Part shown: one piece after another, positions 27,301 through 37,786 of the stretch
How the letters are laid out: the number at the start of each line of letters is the position of its first letter
Position numbering within the stretch: the first letter of the stretch is position 1
Assembly: GCA_050273025.1 (NCBI GenBank)
Contig: CP158635.1
Location: 8,122,001-8,186,000 of the forward strand
DNA length: 64,000 bases
Direction of reading: 5' to 3'
Origin: Cenococcum geophilum
Lineage: Eukaryota
Translations under genes and position numbers: made by a program
The notes under the pieces: generated by a model
Told to the model about the DNA's origin: nothing
Databases searched by the model: none
The model's input: the letters and a program-made list of their open reading frames with translations, nothing else

Positions 27301-30186
27301 CCTACTTATTATTGCGTTGTTATCTATACTACTTTTAGTACAGCTGCTAGAGTATATACGGCTTATCCATAAGGAAGTATCTTCTTATTGCTGTGTTATA
27401 ACAGCCTTTTATATATCGTTCCTTAAACCTAGTTAGAATCCCTAAATCCTCTTTGTTTTCTAGTTCGGTAAGCCACTTAGCTTTTAGTATACCTACTCTT
27501 AGCCTATTAGTAATTCTTTATATAGGTGCTCTGTCCTTTATACAACCTAGTATGCTAGATCTTATATCTAGTTTCTTTTCTTGCTATATAAGGATTCTTG
27601 CTCTAAACTTATTTATAGTTTTTTTTGGTTTATATCTTGCAATTAGATCCTTAAAGTTCTCTTACTTTTTAATTACTATATTAACTTTTTAATCTTTAGG
27701 TTAAATACTGCGTTTGTCTAGTAAGTCTTCTAAGTTTATATATCTATCTCCTAATCTAACTGCTGTTTATATTATAGATTTTCTAATCTATAAAGAAGCT
27801 CCTTGCCTCTTACTTATAGGTGTTTTAATTCATACTCCGAATTCTTAACCCTTTAGATTATTTAACCCTAAGCTTACTTCTTTCTTAAGCTACGCTCCAG
27901 CCTTAGTTTAACTAGGCTTTATTAGTGTCCTTATCTTATCTTAAGAGTCCTAGATCTTACTTATCTTATCTTAAGAGTCTTATACCTTTAGGAAACTTCG
28001 TCCTAAGCTTATTTGTATATTACTAAACTAAGCTATTACTCTATCCTATTGGTTTTTGTCCGTTATAGGTCCTTAAGCATGCCTTATCTTATCTTAAAAA
28101 TCTTAAGCCTTTAGCCTTTTACCTTTATTAAGTGGTAAGCTAGCACTAGCAGTCGTCTGCTTGCTTAATTGTCTTTAGATATTACTCCTTCTGTCTTATA
28201 AAGCAATAGATACTGTATCCAACGATATTATAATGCCCGTTACTGAACCTTACTCTATAGTAGTCTTAGTCTCTACCTCTATTGCGTTATTAAGATTTAG
28301 ATACCCCTAGTTAGTTCCTTTACTATCCTTATTACTATTAATTAATAAGTACTCCAACTCTATTGTTATTGTTACTAATTATTATCCGTATATTACTATA
28401 ATATCTTAATCTAGCTTATAGAGTTGATTTTATTTTTTTGTCTAACTCTCTAGTTCCTTTAAGTCCTCTTAACTCTAGCTCCTATAGCTAATAGCTTATA
28501 CCGTACTTAGCGTCTTTATAAATTCAGCATGCGTTATTATAATAAAACACAAAACTTCTAATTAAACATTCTTTTATTCCTTATAGTATACTATTATCCC
28601 TCTATATGTATGTATTATATACTACTGGTCTAGTTCCCTTTACTATATAATAACTCTAACTACTTTTATAGTCTCTAGTAAAATAACCCTATTTTCCGCA
28701 ATTTATATAAGCTCTATCTTTAAACTATTACTTTTATTATAGAGTCCGCTCAAACATCTTCTGCTACTAAGATCCTTAGTTTAGCCTATGCTCCCTAGTT
28801 CTATAATTACTTAATCCTTAACCTCTAGGTTTCTATAGTTTCTTACTCTATCTCTTATAGGTTTCTTTAGTACTACTTAGGTCTATTAGCTCTGCGCTAT
28901 ACTATATTTTCTAATTTAGCTTAGGTTGTTACGTGCTTTACGTCTTATATAATTATAAAACTCTATTCTAACCTCTCTTAGTCTGTTCCCTTTAGTAAAT
29001 CCTATTATTAATCTTTATTACTTAATCTATTAGTTCCCTTAGGGTGTCCATATCTTCTATTAGGATAATTGCGTCCTAGACTTTAGCCTTAAGTCCCTAT
29101 TTATACTGTGCTATAAGCGCCTTATTATTCCACTTAACTTATATTACTAATGTTTAAAACTGCGTTATATACTTAATTGCTAAGGTTCGCTATATAATGT
29201 CTTAGAGTTTTCTTTCCGCTATAGTCGTTGCCTCTAGGTCTCTAAATATTTATATAAGTCGTTTTACAAATCCATTCTAGCTTAAAAACATAAACTATAC
29301 CTCTTAGTTCGTAGTTATTATTCCATTTACTTGTATTTCTATAAGGTAAAGCTTAAACTATTTAAGTGCCCTTTCTGTTAAGAATAGTCCTGCATACGCT
29401 ACTTAATCCATAGGTATTGCCAGCTTTACTCCCTTCTATGCTACCTTAAAGTGTATTTATGTAAGGAATCCCTTAAGCTTTAATCTTTCTCCTAAGAATC
29501 TTTTAATTAATAGTAACTTAACCTTTGCTGCGCCTATCCCGTTAATCCTATTTTTAAGTATCGCATTATTTTCTATTAACCGGTTAACTATTTCTTATAA
29601 TTGTCCTACCGTTATAGGTTATTGCGAGTCAGTATCCGCTATACTAGTGTTACCCCCTAACCTTAAAGTAGTTGCCGCCATTAATAGCGTCGTAGTGGCT
29701 GCTTTTGGTAGTATGTTGTTCGACTTCCTATATTTAATACTATAACCGTAGTAGTAATTATATAACGGAACCTTATAGTAGGAACTACAATAGGTTCTGT
29801 TAATAGGCTAGGTGTATAGGAAATGCAAAGATAGTAGTTAATAACGTAATAATAACTAGTGGAGTAGTTGCCTAATAGATTAACTCCAATTATATTCTAA
29901 GAATTACTATAAGGAAGAAACTATCTAGGTAGGGACCAAGGGTCCTTAAATACACAACTGTACTCCTATAAAATCCTCCTTATACATAATATACGTGTTA
30001 TATATATTATACGTGTCGTATACCGCGTACACTACGTATACTGCGTATAACATTATATAACTCGCTTACCACTCTTTATTATATGGTTCCACGGGTTCTA
30101 TCTTAGACCGTGCCTATATTAACCAACTAGCTTCTTCTAACTCTTCTCTAAGTAGTCGTAACATCGTACTTAAAGCGTTCGTAATA
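15317..30186 (-). mobile_element. RIPed Ty3/gypsy chromovirus (Gypsy-2, ~7.95 kb without Gypsy-3)
   Basis: 426-bp LTRs at 15317-15742 and 29761-30186. TSD ACCGA/ACCAA (one G>A). Minus-strand PPT GAGAGGAGGGAGATAG next to 15742. Degenerate long gag, PR, RT, RNase H, IN and chromodomain (YKVKWxGYxETTWEP-like near 16550). Confidence 0.93.
18969..25883 (-). mobile_element. RIPed Ty3/gypsy chromovirus (Gypsy-3) nested in the RT of Gypsy-2
   Basis: 187-bp LTRs at 18969-19155 and 25697-25883. TSD CCTAT (18964-68, 25884-88). Minus-strand PPT GGGGGAGAGGAGTAC. The insertion splits the host RT motif KDR|YPLP. Gag-PR-RT-RH-IN-chromodomain remnants are present. Confidence 0.95.
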
Positions 30187-31279
30187 ACCAAGCAAACTAA
30201 CCCCTTAATATCGCTTAATAAACTTACGATAAAGTTAAGCAAGTAGAGCATCGCCTAAAAGCTTCTAAATAGCTATCTAAATAGCCATCTAAACAGCTGC
30301 ACTGGACTAGATGGGGTCCTAATAAACCAAAGTTAAGTGGCAATAAGGATAACTACGGGTAGAGGAAGAAGACTTATATAAAATTATTTAAAAAAAAAAG
30401 GCGCTAGTTAAACTAGCAGCTAATATCTACTATATAGACTTAAATCGTCACAAAAAGGATAAATTCTAGAAGATTTTAGTACGTAAGCGACAATTAGCTA
30501 AAGGCCCTAATTATAATTAGAATATAGTAAAGAGTTTCTTTTATAGAGAGATAAGGGAGCAAAGAATAGAAGTAGCAGAAGACGATACCTCTAGTAAAGA
30601 AATCCGGTAAAGTGATTACTACTCTTATCTTAATATCTTTATTAAGCGCGATAATATTATATCTAACCCTTTTAAAAGACGTACCTAAACGCTTAAGTAG
30701 CTAGCTGCGAAGGAACAAACAAGGGCCAATCTTTATTAGCACTTAGGGGAGAAGTATTATATAGGTAAGGTTTTTAATGGCGATAAGAATAAAGATACTG
30801 CTAGTTAGTATATAGATACTAAGGGGGGTAAAAGAAGTACTAAGAAAGGCTCTACTTCTTCCGCTTAAAGCCAGAAGCACTAGCAAACTAGTTAAATAGT
30901 GGCTTATAGTATATAAGATCTAGCTACTACTAGTAAACGCTTAGCTAAAACTCTTGCGGCCGCCTTTAGGGAGTCTTATATAGTAGCTGCTTAACTACCT
31001 ACAGAATCTATTACCCGCGACAAACTTAATAAAAAGCTTTACTAGCTAGATAATATAAATTAGCAGCGCTTAGAAGCCATAAAAAGAAGGTAGAAGAAGT
31101 AGCAGAACGAGCTTATACGTATACTTAGTTCACTACTTACTAGGGGCGCGGGAAAGGAAGGTAGTGGGCAGTAAGGTAGTGAGGAAGGTAGTAAGGAAGT
31201 TAACAACAAGGGTAAGGTTTAAATGTCACGATATATAACGTAGTTATTCTCTAGTATAGATAAAGAATAAGAGGAAAAT

Positions 31280-31538
31280 TGTAAGGCAGTATTGCTAGGG
31301 CGTATGGTAGGGAGCAGGCAAGCCAAGCATAAGTCACATAGGGAGTCGATGGAAGAGGACGATATGGTAAAGAGTAGGCAATAGCCTCATACGGAGAGAG
31401 ACGAACCGATGAGGAGGGAAGGGCTGCAAGCCCGAGGTGCTTATAAGGCGGTGCCAAGGGCTAGCCAAAGGCTAGCCTTGGCGACCCCTAAGAGCCCCTA
31501 GGCGATGCAGCCGAGTAAAGGCCAAAATAACCCTTACA
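31280..31538. mobile_element. Solo LTR (259 bp)
   Basis: TGTAAGG...CCTTACA termini and 5-bp TSD AAAAT (31275-79, 31539-43). Confidence 0.9.
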
Positions 31539-31624
31539 AAAATCTTAGTATATATACTAGCAAAAGAGACCTTATTCGCCTCTTTATCTCTAGCCTATAA
31601 TAGAGAATAGAAATAAGCTTAATT

Positions 31625-33435
31625 TAACCTTTACTAACTTTATCCTCTTTCTACCTTTTACTAACGTATGTGATGGGGTTATAAAGGTGACCCTAGTTAT
31701 AACCGATTTGAAAATCAAAATTTACCAAAATGCTGATTTGGTGGTAAATAATTAGTAAAAGCTATTATAAATTATCGCATCATCCTTCCTGCGAATCCTT
31801 TGGTAAGCAGCTTCTTCTACTGCCCTCTTATCGGTCTCCTAAAGTTGTATAATTAAAGCTGTAGCTGTAGCTGTAGCGGCGGCTGCGGAGGACTCTTCCG
31901 CCCGCTTTTGGAGCGGTTAATTGTTTCCATGCCTTAATATACGCTAGGTAGACTCTAGGATACGTTACGTGGGCCGCAAAATACGCACCTGTGCTTGCGC
32001 GTACGCTAGTTTAAAACTTCCTAGGCTTTTGCACAAGCTTCGGCGCCTTTATAAAGATTTTTTTTCGCTAGGCCGTTAAAGCTGCTTATAGACGATCTTT
32101 TGTATCTAGAGCACTTGGCCAGCAAGGCATGGCTTTAAGTTCTGCGCAAGGAAGTAAGGAGAAAAGTTGATGTGTTGATGTTCAAAGCGGCAGTATATTT
32201 AGCTACCCTAAATAAGAAGGCGGTAATGTAAATCGGTCATAACTAGGGTCACCTTCATAACCCCATCACATACGTTACTCCTTATCCTTACTAAATAAAT
32301 ATATACCTAATAACGGTGGTAACAAACTAAACGTTCTAGATATTTAATTCTGCCCTTATAAATATATTTAACAGTTATAAAGAAATAAAAAAGCCGGTAT
32401 ATAGTAGCTAATAGGGTATAAACTAACCTCTAAGACTTAAAAATGGGTAAGCAGTTTAAAGAGCGATTTTACTCTACTAAAGCTATGTTTAACAATAATC
32501 CGCCTAATTAAAAGCCACTAATTAAGAGCTTGCTAACTTAGTATAATTATTCCTCCTTTAGGCTTTTTATACGGTCCTAATACTCCCTACTAAGACCTAA
32601 AAGCAGCATCCCTATATATAAAGCGCTCTTAGCCTTCTAGCAGATATCCTAGTAGATCTTATAGCTTCGCACTAAGGCTGACTTTAATAGCTAGCGTAGT
32701 ATTACCGCCAGTAAAAGGAAGACTAGTAAAGACCGCGCTAAATAAACCGTTAGGTAGGATAATCGCGAGGTATCCTAGTAAGTATTATTTCTTATAGCTA
32801 CTCTAAAATAGAGTTTATTCTTCCTTACCAGGACAGCAGATTTAAACCTCTATTCTGTTAATAAAGCTAAAGATAGAAGCCTTACTAAGTTAGCTTCTGA
32901 TTACCTTAGTATACAAATTTATTTATTTAGGCAATATTAACTACCTATCCATCTTAATCCTTTTACCCTACCTCTTTATTATATTATCTAAAACGCCGTT
33001 CTAAACCCGCAATAGCCACGGCTGGCTTATTCTAAAGAATATTATAATATATCTAAACAATATAGGATGGGCAGAGCGCCAGAGGAAGACAAAGAGTAAT
33101 TCTTTAGGTAAGCTTGTTAATGCGTTTAGCCAGCCAAAACGTAGATTAATAGCGAACTTAGTAGGTAGATTAATCTGCCGTGTAAGCTCTTTAACCTCTA
33201 CTTTAGTAAAGCGGGTAAAGAACTTAAAATACTTATTATTTAGGCCTTCTTCCTCTTCTGGCGCCTATACGTTAATAAGCTTTTATATAGGACTAAGTCT
33301 CTTTAAGGGCTTCCATAGCCACACTAGTTGAGCTTTATTAGAGGCAGCTATAGCGGCAGCAAGCGCGTTAGCGTTATTCATCTGCAATAGCTAAGCTGCA
33401 GCAGCAAAGAACATGCGACGTTCGAGCCCATCCAT
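31625..33435 (-). pseudogene. Harbinger-type DDE transposase (DDE_Tnp_4-like) remnant
   Basis: ATG at 33435. RIPed motifs IF(S/G)FI(N/D)(R/G)xEVxIC(C/R)PG, xYKKxxxLGYLAIILP(N/D)G and YIxGDAA. The C-terminal tail is interrupted by the pogo derivative. End coordinate approximate. Confidence 0.75.
31664..32275 (-). mobile_element. Internally deleted pogo/Fot1-type Tc1/mariner element (612 bp)
   Basis: 46-bp TIRs ACGTATGTGATGGGGTTATGAAGGTGACCCTAGTTATGACCGATTT (2 G>A differences) and TA TSD. Minus strand keeps the start (MPxxPSA.. at ~32130) and the end of a transposase-like ORF. Confidence 0.88.
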
Positions 33436-34278
33436 AGCTCTACTAAGAAGGATATTAATATGGTGGTGAGGCGGCAGCAGTAGTAGTGGGTTCGGTAAAA
33501 TTAACCGTTTAATTCGCTTTTTATCGAAACCCCTTTTGAACAAAGCGTTGATTAATTACGCTTGACGTAAGAGTAAGCGCTAGTACGCACTAAATTATAG
33601 TTCTATCTTCCAACAGATACCTTTCAACGGTTCATCGAAACCCCCCTAATATGGAGCTCTCGTATACGCGCCAAAGTAACGACTTTTGTGATATGGCGAC
33701 TCCACACACCCCGATCGCGATACTGCTGTCGCATTTATAAGCCTTACCTAATGTTATTATTTTAACCTTTGTAATCGCAATGAGCTTATTTCTGGGGGGT
33801 GTCCGTACTCGGCATACTGATATATGGCGGGGAACAAAGTGGACGTCACAGTTGCTCTACGGCCACGAGCAACGACTCGTAAATCTGACTCGTATGAGGC
33901 CCGAGGTGTTTAAGAAGCTTCTCGATTGGGAGTCGCGATAGAGGTCTGGTGGCGGAGAGGGGCTCACTCGAATCGCTCACCGACGTCAATCACGGGTTGT
34001 GCGAAGCCAAATCTGGAGCCTCATATGGAGGCTTACCGAACGATCGACTCATTTACAGATTCAAATGAGCCAGTGCAGTAGCCGCCACCAATTACAAAAC
34101 GGGTGACACTAAAAGGCGCACGGATTGAATAAATATGATATGGAGCCAATTTGCAACCGAACGTACCCTTAGATTTTAAACGGAATCTAGATTTTCGCGA
34201 TTTTGGCTGATTTTGGTAGATTTTGGCTACAACGCGACCGACGACCTATATCCAACTTTTTATATAATATAGCTATGA

Positions 34279-35406
34279 AAAGGAACACCAAAATCGAGAT
34301 CCGACCCATACTGTCCTATGGGGGTTCCTTTCCGTCTTATTCTTGTCCGCACGGTCAAGCTAAGAGTGAGGATCTCGTCTGTTACTGATGCAGCGGCGTT
34401 ACGTCGTGGCTAGAGGGGTCTCTGAATACTTAACCCTTGACGCCGTCAGAACAGCAGAGTTTTCACGGGTCTTGGCGCAAGACCCAGTCAACAAGACGAC
34501 TCCATAAAATCGGCCTTTGCACCCCCACGCGGTGGAGCCCGGGAACCTAGTATGCAACTATTGGCGTTCTATCTAGATCGTGCCAATAGACTACTAGAGC
34601 GAACGCAGAGACGTGCGTACGGCTGTGCGGCGCCGGCGCTGCGACGTAGTAGTAGTGCGAAAAGTCTTCTGCTGGGAGGGTGAGCCCCAGCGAAAGACCT
34701 ATAAGTACGACTACTATGTCTCCACGTATACGTCTGGTACACCTGAAGTACGGCAACTAAACCGGCGTCCCCCCCTACCTCCTATACGAATACCTACACG
34801 ACCAAACGAGCCGCATGCAGCGACCGACGAGCCGTAAGCAGCGACTGAACACCTTATACGCCCTAGGAGGTCTGTGATGAGCCTCTCATTCCCCACTCTA
34901 CCCGACAGCCTGGACTTACCTACGCGGTATTCTGTCTCCCTCTACGTCTCGAAGCCCAGCTAGGTTGCAGGAGGTAGGTTGTAGGGGACCTAGGTTGGGG
35001 CCCTAGGACAAGACACCTAGTATATTCGTCCCGCTGTTCCTTTGGGGTGGAAATCATGCTGCAAGCAGGAGGACTATAGGCGTATGCACGCTAGGGTATT
35101 TAAATAGGGGCGGAAGGGCAGGATTACAAATTTTTTACGGCAATTATATCTAATAGGAAGCATGGTACGAAAGGCAGACAGGGCAAGATAGGCAATCAGG
35201 ACACCCCCGTACGGGGGTCTCAGAGCAGCGACCTAAAAGGTATTTTTCCTCCCGTTGATGTAGTACGGGCGTGCTACCTAGAGGGGTACACCCTGTATTA
35301 CCACTCACGTTCGCCTTGGAGGTTTTTTGTATCTATATCACGGTAGTAGTCTGCATGGACTCGCAAGAGGACCGCATCAGACGTAAAACAAGAATCAAAT
35401 TAAAAG
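34279..35406 (+). mobile_element. Candidate SINE-like / retroposed structured non-coding element (1128 bp)
   Basis: Exact 14-bp direct repeat TAATATAGCTATGA at 34265-78 and 35407-20. GC-balanced interior rich in hairpins. A 3' stem-loop is followed by the A-rich tail AAAACAAGAATCAAATTAAAAG. No long ORF. Confidence 0.6.
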
Positions 35407-35749
35407 TAATATAGCTATGATATAGTTATTAGATATAAAGATAGAGATAATAAAGAGCTTCTACCTATAGTATTTTTAAGATAATTAGACATTAAAAAAG
35501 GGACGAGTGTATTTTATAGTGCTCGGCTACCACCAAAGCTGGGACAATAAGCTGTGGAAAATTTACTTGGATAAGGAGCAGTATGCCCGTCACAATAATC
35601 CACCGAAGGTCTGATTTATGAGACAACAATTTCCCCGCGTGAACAATAATGATGACAGACGAAGCCCAGTTGGGATGACGAGCTCAACGCCACTCTAGCT
35701 ATCCCGAATCCCTCTGCTTCTTTTGGACTCCCTGGTCATATAACATACA

Positions 35750-37493
35750 ATGGAGCTGCTAGATCTCTGCTACGACGTCTTGATCCGCATTCTTCAAGAA
35801 TTGGAGCCGCAAGAATTGGCCCGCTGTTCGAGCTGTTGCCGAAGCTTCAACACTTTCATAAGGGGTAATCGGCGGCTGTTTAGAGTACTTTATCTGCAGA
35901 GATTCGTATGTTAAATGCATCCAGTACTCTGATGTCTCTGATGCTTGGTAGGACGACCCACGCCGGCATGCAGCGGATGCGGAGCCGCACTGGGAGAAGG
36001 AGCTCCCAATTCTTGTAAAATGCCAAAAAATCCTCCAATCTGATGATTTTGATGCCAAGGTAAGCCAACTCATAGAGCATTTGTCTTCCCAGTGGCTTAC
36101 AGTCACGTTAGATACGGCATTTCGACTTCCTGACCAGCGCCGTGGAAAGTCTTCTCAAAACTTCATCGGACAGTTCCCGACCCTCTCTAAACATCTCCTT
36201 CCTCTCAGACCTATTCAAATTACAAAAGAATGTCGACGCGTTCCTCTGCCGATCCTCCCTCTTCTCTCGTGCAGGGACCGACCGGCAAACTCCAGCCAGC
36301 ACAGAAGAGCAACGGCAACTAAGCGCAAAGCTCCACTGCCATTACGGCAACCCTGTCGATCCTGTCGGTCGACGGTCCTTCTCCACACATCCATACGCAC
36401 GCTCATACGTCTACGACCTACGCAACTATACGGATAAGACAGAATGGGGCCCCTTCCGCATGGATGGGTCGCTGTTCGTTGATTGGGAAATGGTCGAAAC
36501 CATCATGATCGTGCTGGCGTATAATATGCGGATCTTTAGCGAGCGCACTGGCGGCCGCTTCAAGCCTGTATGGGAGATACCGTTTGATGGTGTCGCGAAT
36601 AACAGCTTCAGTGCAACATATCCGCTGGCTCTGCCGGAGGAACCAGACATACCACTGCAGGCAAGGGATCCGTTTAATATTTCTGGCACGTGGATGCGGG
36701 TGAGTGATGATATCTAGTGTTGTCAGTTTCAAACTCCTCTGCTAATTCAACCAGGTTGTCTGCTTCCTAGGTATCTGAGACTTTACCCTTTGAGGTCAAT
36801 TCGCATTTAACGCTCTGCAGACTACAACGACCTCTACGCCTTTAACTTCGCCAATTCACCGGTCGCCAGCGACGAACCCAGGATCCCACTCTACACGGAA
36901 GAAGCAATCCGGCTCATCATCATGAAGCTTAAAGTGACCAAAATCGAGGCCCCGGGCCGCTTCGACAACCCCTCCTTACCAATCGTGCATTTCAGCGGCT
37001 CCTCGCGTTCGCTCGACGCGTTATGGGACCCTAACGCCAACTCTCGTATCAAGGGTCCGTTCCCCCCTCCCCCATTCATCCACCCGACCAAGCTATGCTA
37101 ACTAATATTACACAGGCCGTGTCAGGCTGACGTCAGAAGGCGAAGTACGCTGGACTACCGTTTCAATATTCTACGGGTACGATGCTTCACCCCCCTTTAC
37201 CCCTCCTGCCAACAACGCGAACCAAACCTTTCTTTGAACAGCAATCAGCTGACTCCGCTTATAGTGGTGAAGAACGGTGGCGCAGCGAAGGCGTGCAAGT
37301 CGGCGGGATCCGCTCCAAGCGCGGCGTCGTTGGGACGTGGTTTGACAAGGACTATGACGTACATGGCCCGGTCGGCCCAACCGCGTTCTGGAAGCTGAGC
37401 GACCGGACTAAGAAGGTCGGCTCTGTAGACTCGGATTCAGGGTCAGAGCTCGAAGTTGAGGCGGAATCGGATTCAGAGTCAGATTCATCATGA
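35750..37493 (+). CDS. Fungal F-box domain protein, 7 exons (35750-35905, 35952-36059, 36112-36699, 36755-36770, 36821-37054, 37116-37176, 37265-37493)
   Basis: N-terminal F-box [37 protein letters not shown] introns give a continuous frame through [40 protein letters not shown] and [10 protein letters not shown], followed by an acidic tail. Confidence 0.9.
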
Positions 37494-37786
37494 TGTACAC
37501 ACGCGCACGAGCTATGACGAAATTTCCAGGCTAACTAGATAGGGGTGCAGGGGAGGATGCGATGCTGATATATAATATCTGCTATCAAAGTTTTCCATGA
37601 CGGCGTTCTTTAGGAAAAGGGGAGTTCAGGTGTTTCTATATCTATATCTAGCCACCCGCAACCACAAATATAGTCCCGCGACCCTTCTCCCAACCCGAGC
37701 CCCCCGGTCGCCTCGCCCCCCTTTGACCGCTTCGCGCCGGTTTTGACAACCACATCGCCCCCGCCCACCCCTAACCGCCCACCTCC

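Larger units (their letters stand above)
14980..33647 (-). mobile_element. RIPed two-ORF PHIS (Harbinger-superfamily) DNA transposon with AAT TSD (~2.9 kb without insertions)
   Basis: 41-bp TIRs AGGGGGGTTTCGATGAACCGTTGAAAGGTATCTGTTGGAAG with 3 G>A differences. 3-bp TSD AAT (14977-79, 33648-50). Minus-strand DDE_Tnp_4-type remnant plus a convergent plus-strand second ORF. Confidence 0.88.
14740..34168 (+). mobile_element. Internally deleted PIF/Harbinger element (~760 bp of own sequence), outermost shell of the nest
   Basis: TTA TSD at 14737-39 and 34169-71. Imperfect 15-bp TIRs GGGGCCATTCGGTTA / GGGTACGTTCGGTTG (11/15). Repeated subterminal ATATGGAG motif. Remnant reading HTDIWRGTKWTSQLLYGHEQRLVNLTRMRPEVFKKLLDW (~33780-33935) resembles the N-terminus of fungal PIF transposases. 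Confidence 0.7.

Noticed and set aside
34425..34445. TAACCCT as a possible telomerase RNA template within the structured insert
   Set aside because: It is only a 7-nt match (TAACCCTT rather than TAACCCTAA), no pseudoknot or CR4/5 could be assigned by eye, and the TSD points to an insertion. A covariance-model search is needed.
34380..35390. Hammerhead ribozyme or group II intron domain V in the structured insert
   Set aside because: CTGATG is followed by C rather than A and has no properly placed GAAA. The GAGCCG(C/T)A motifs near 34808-34850 are a short tandem duplication lacking the 3' half of domain V.
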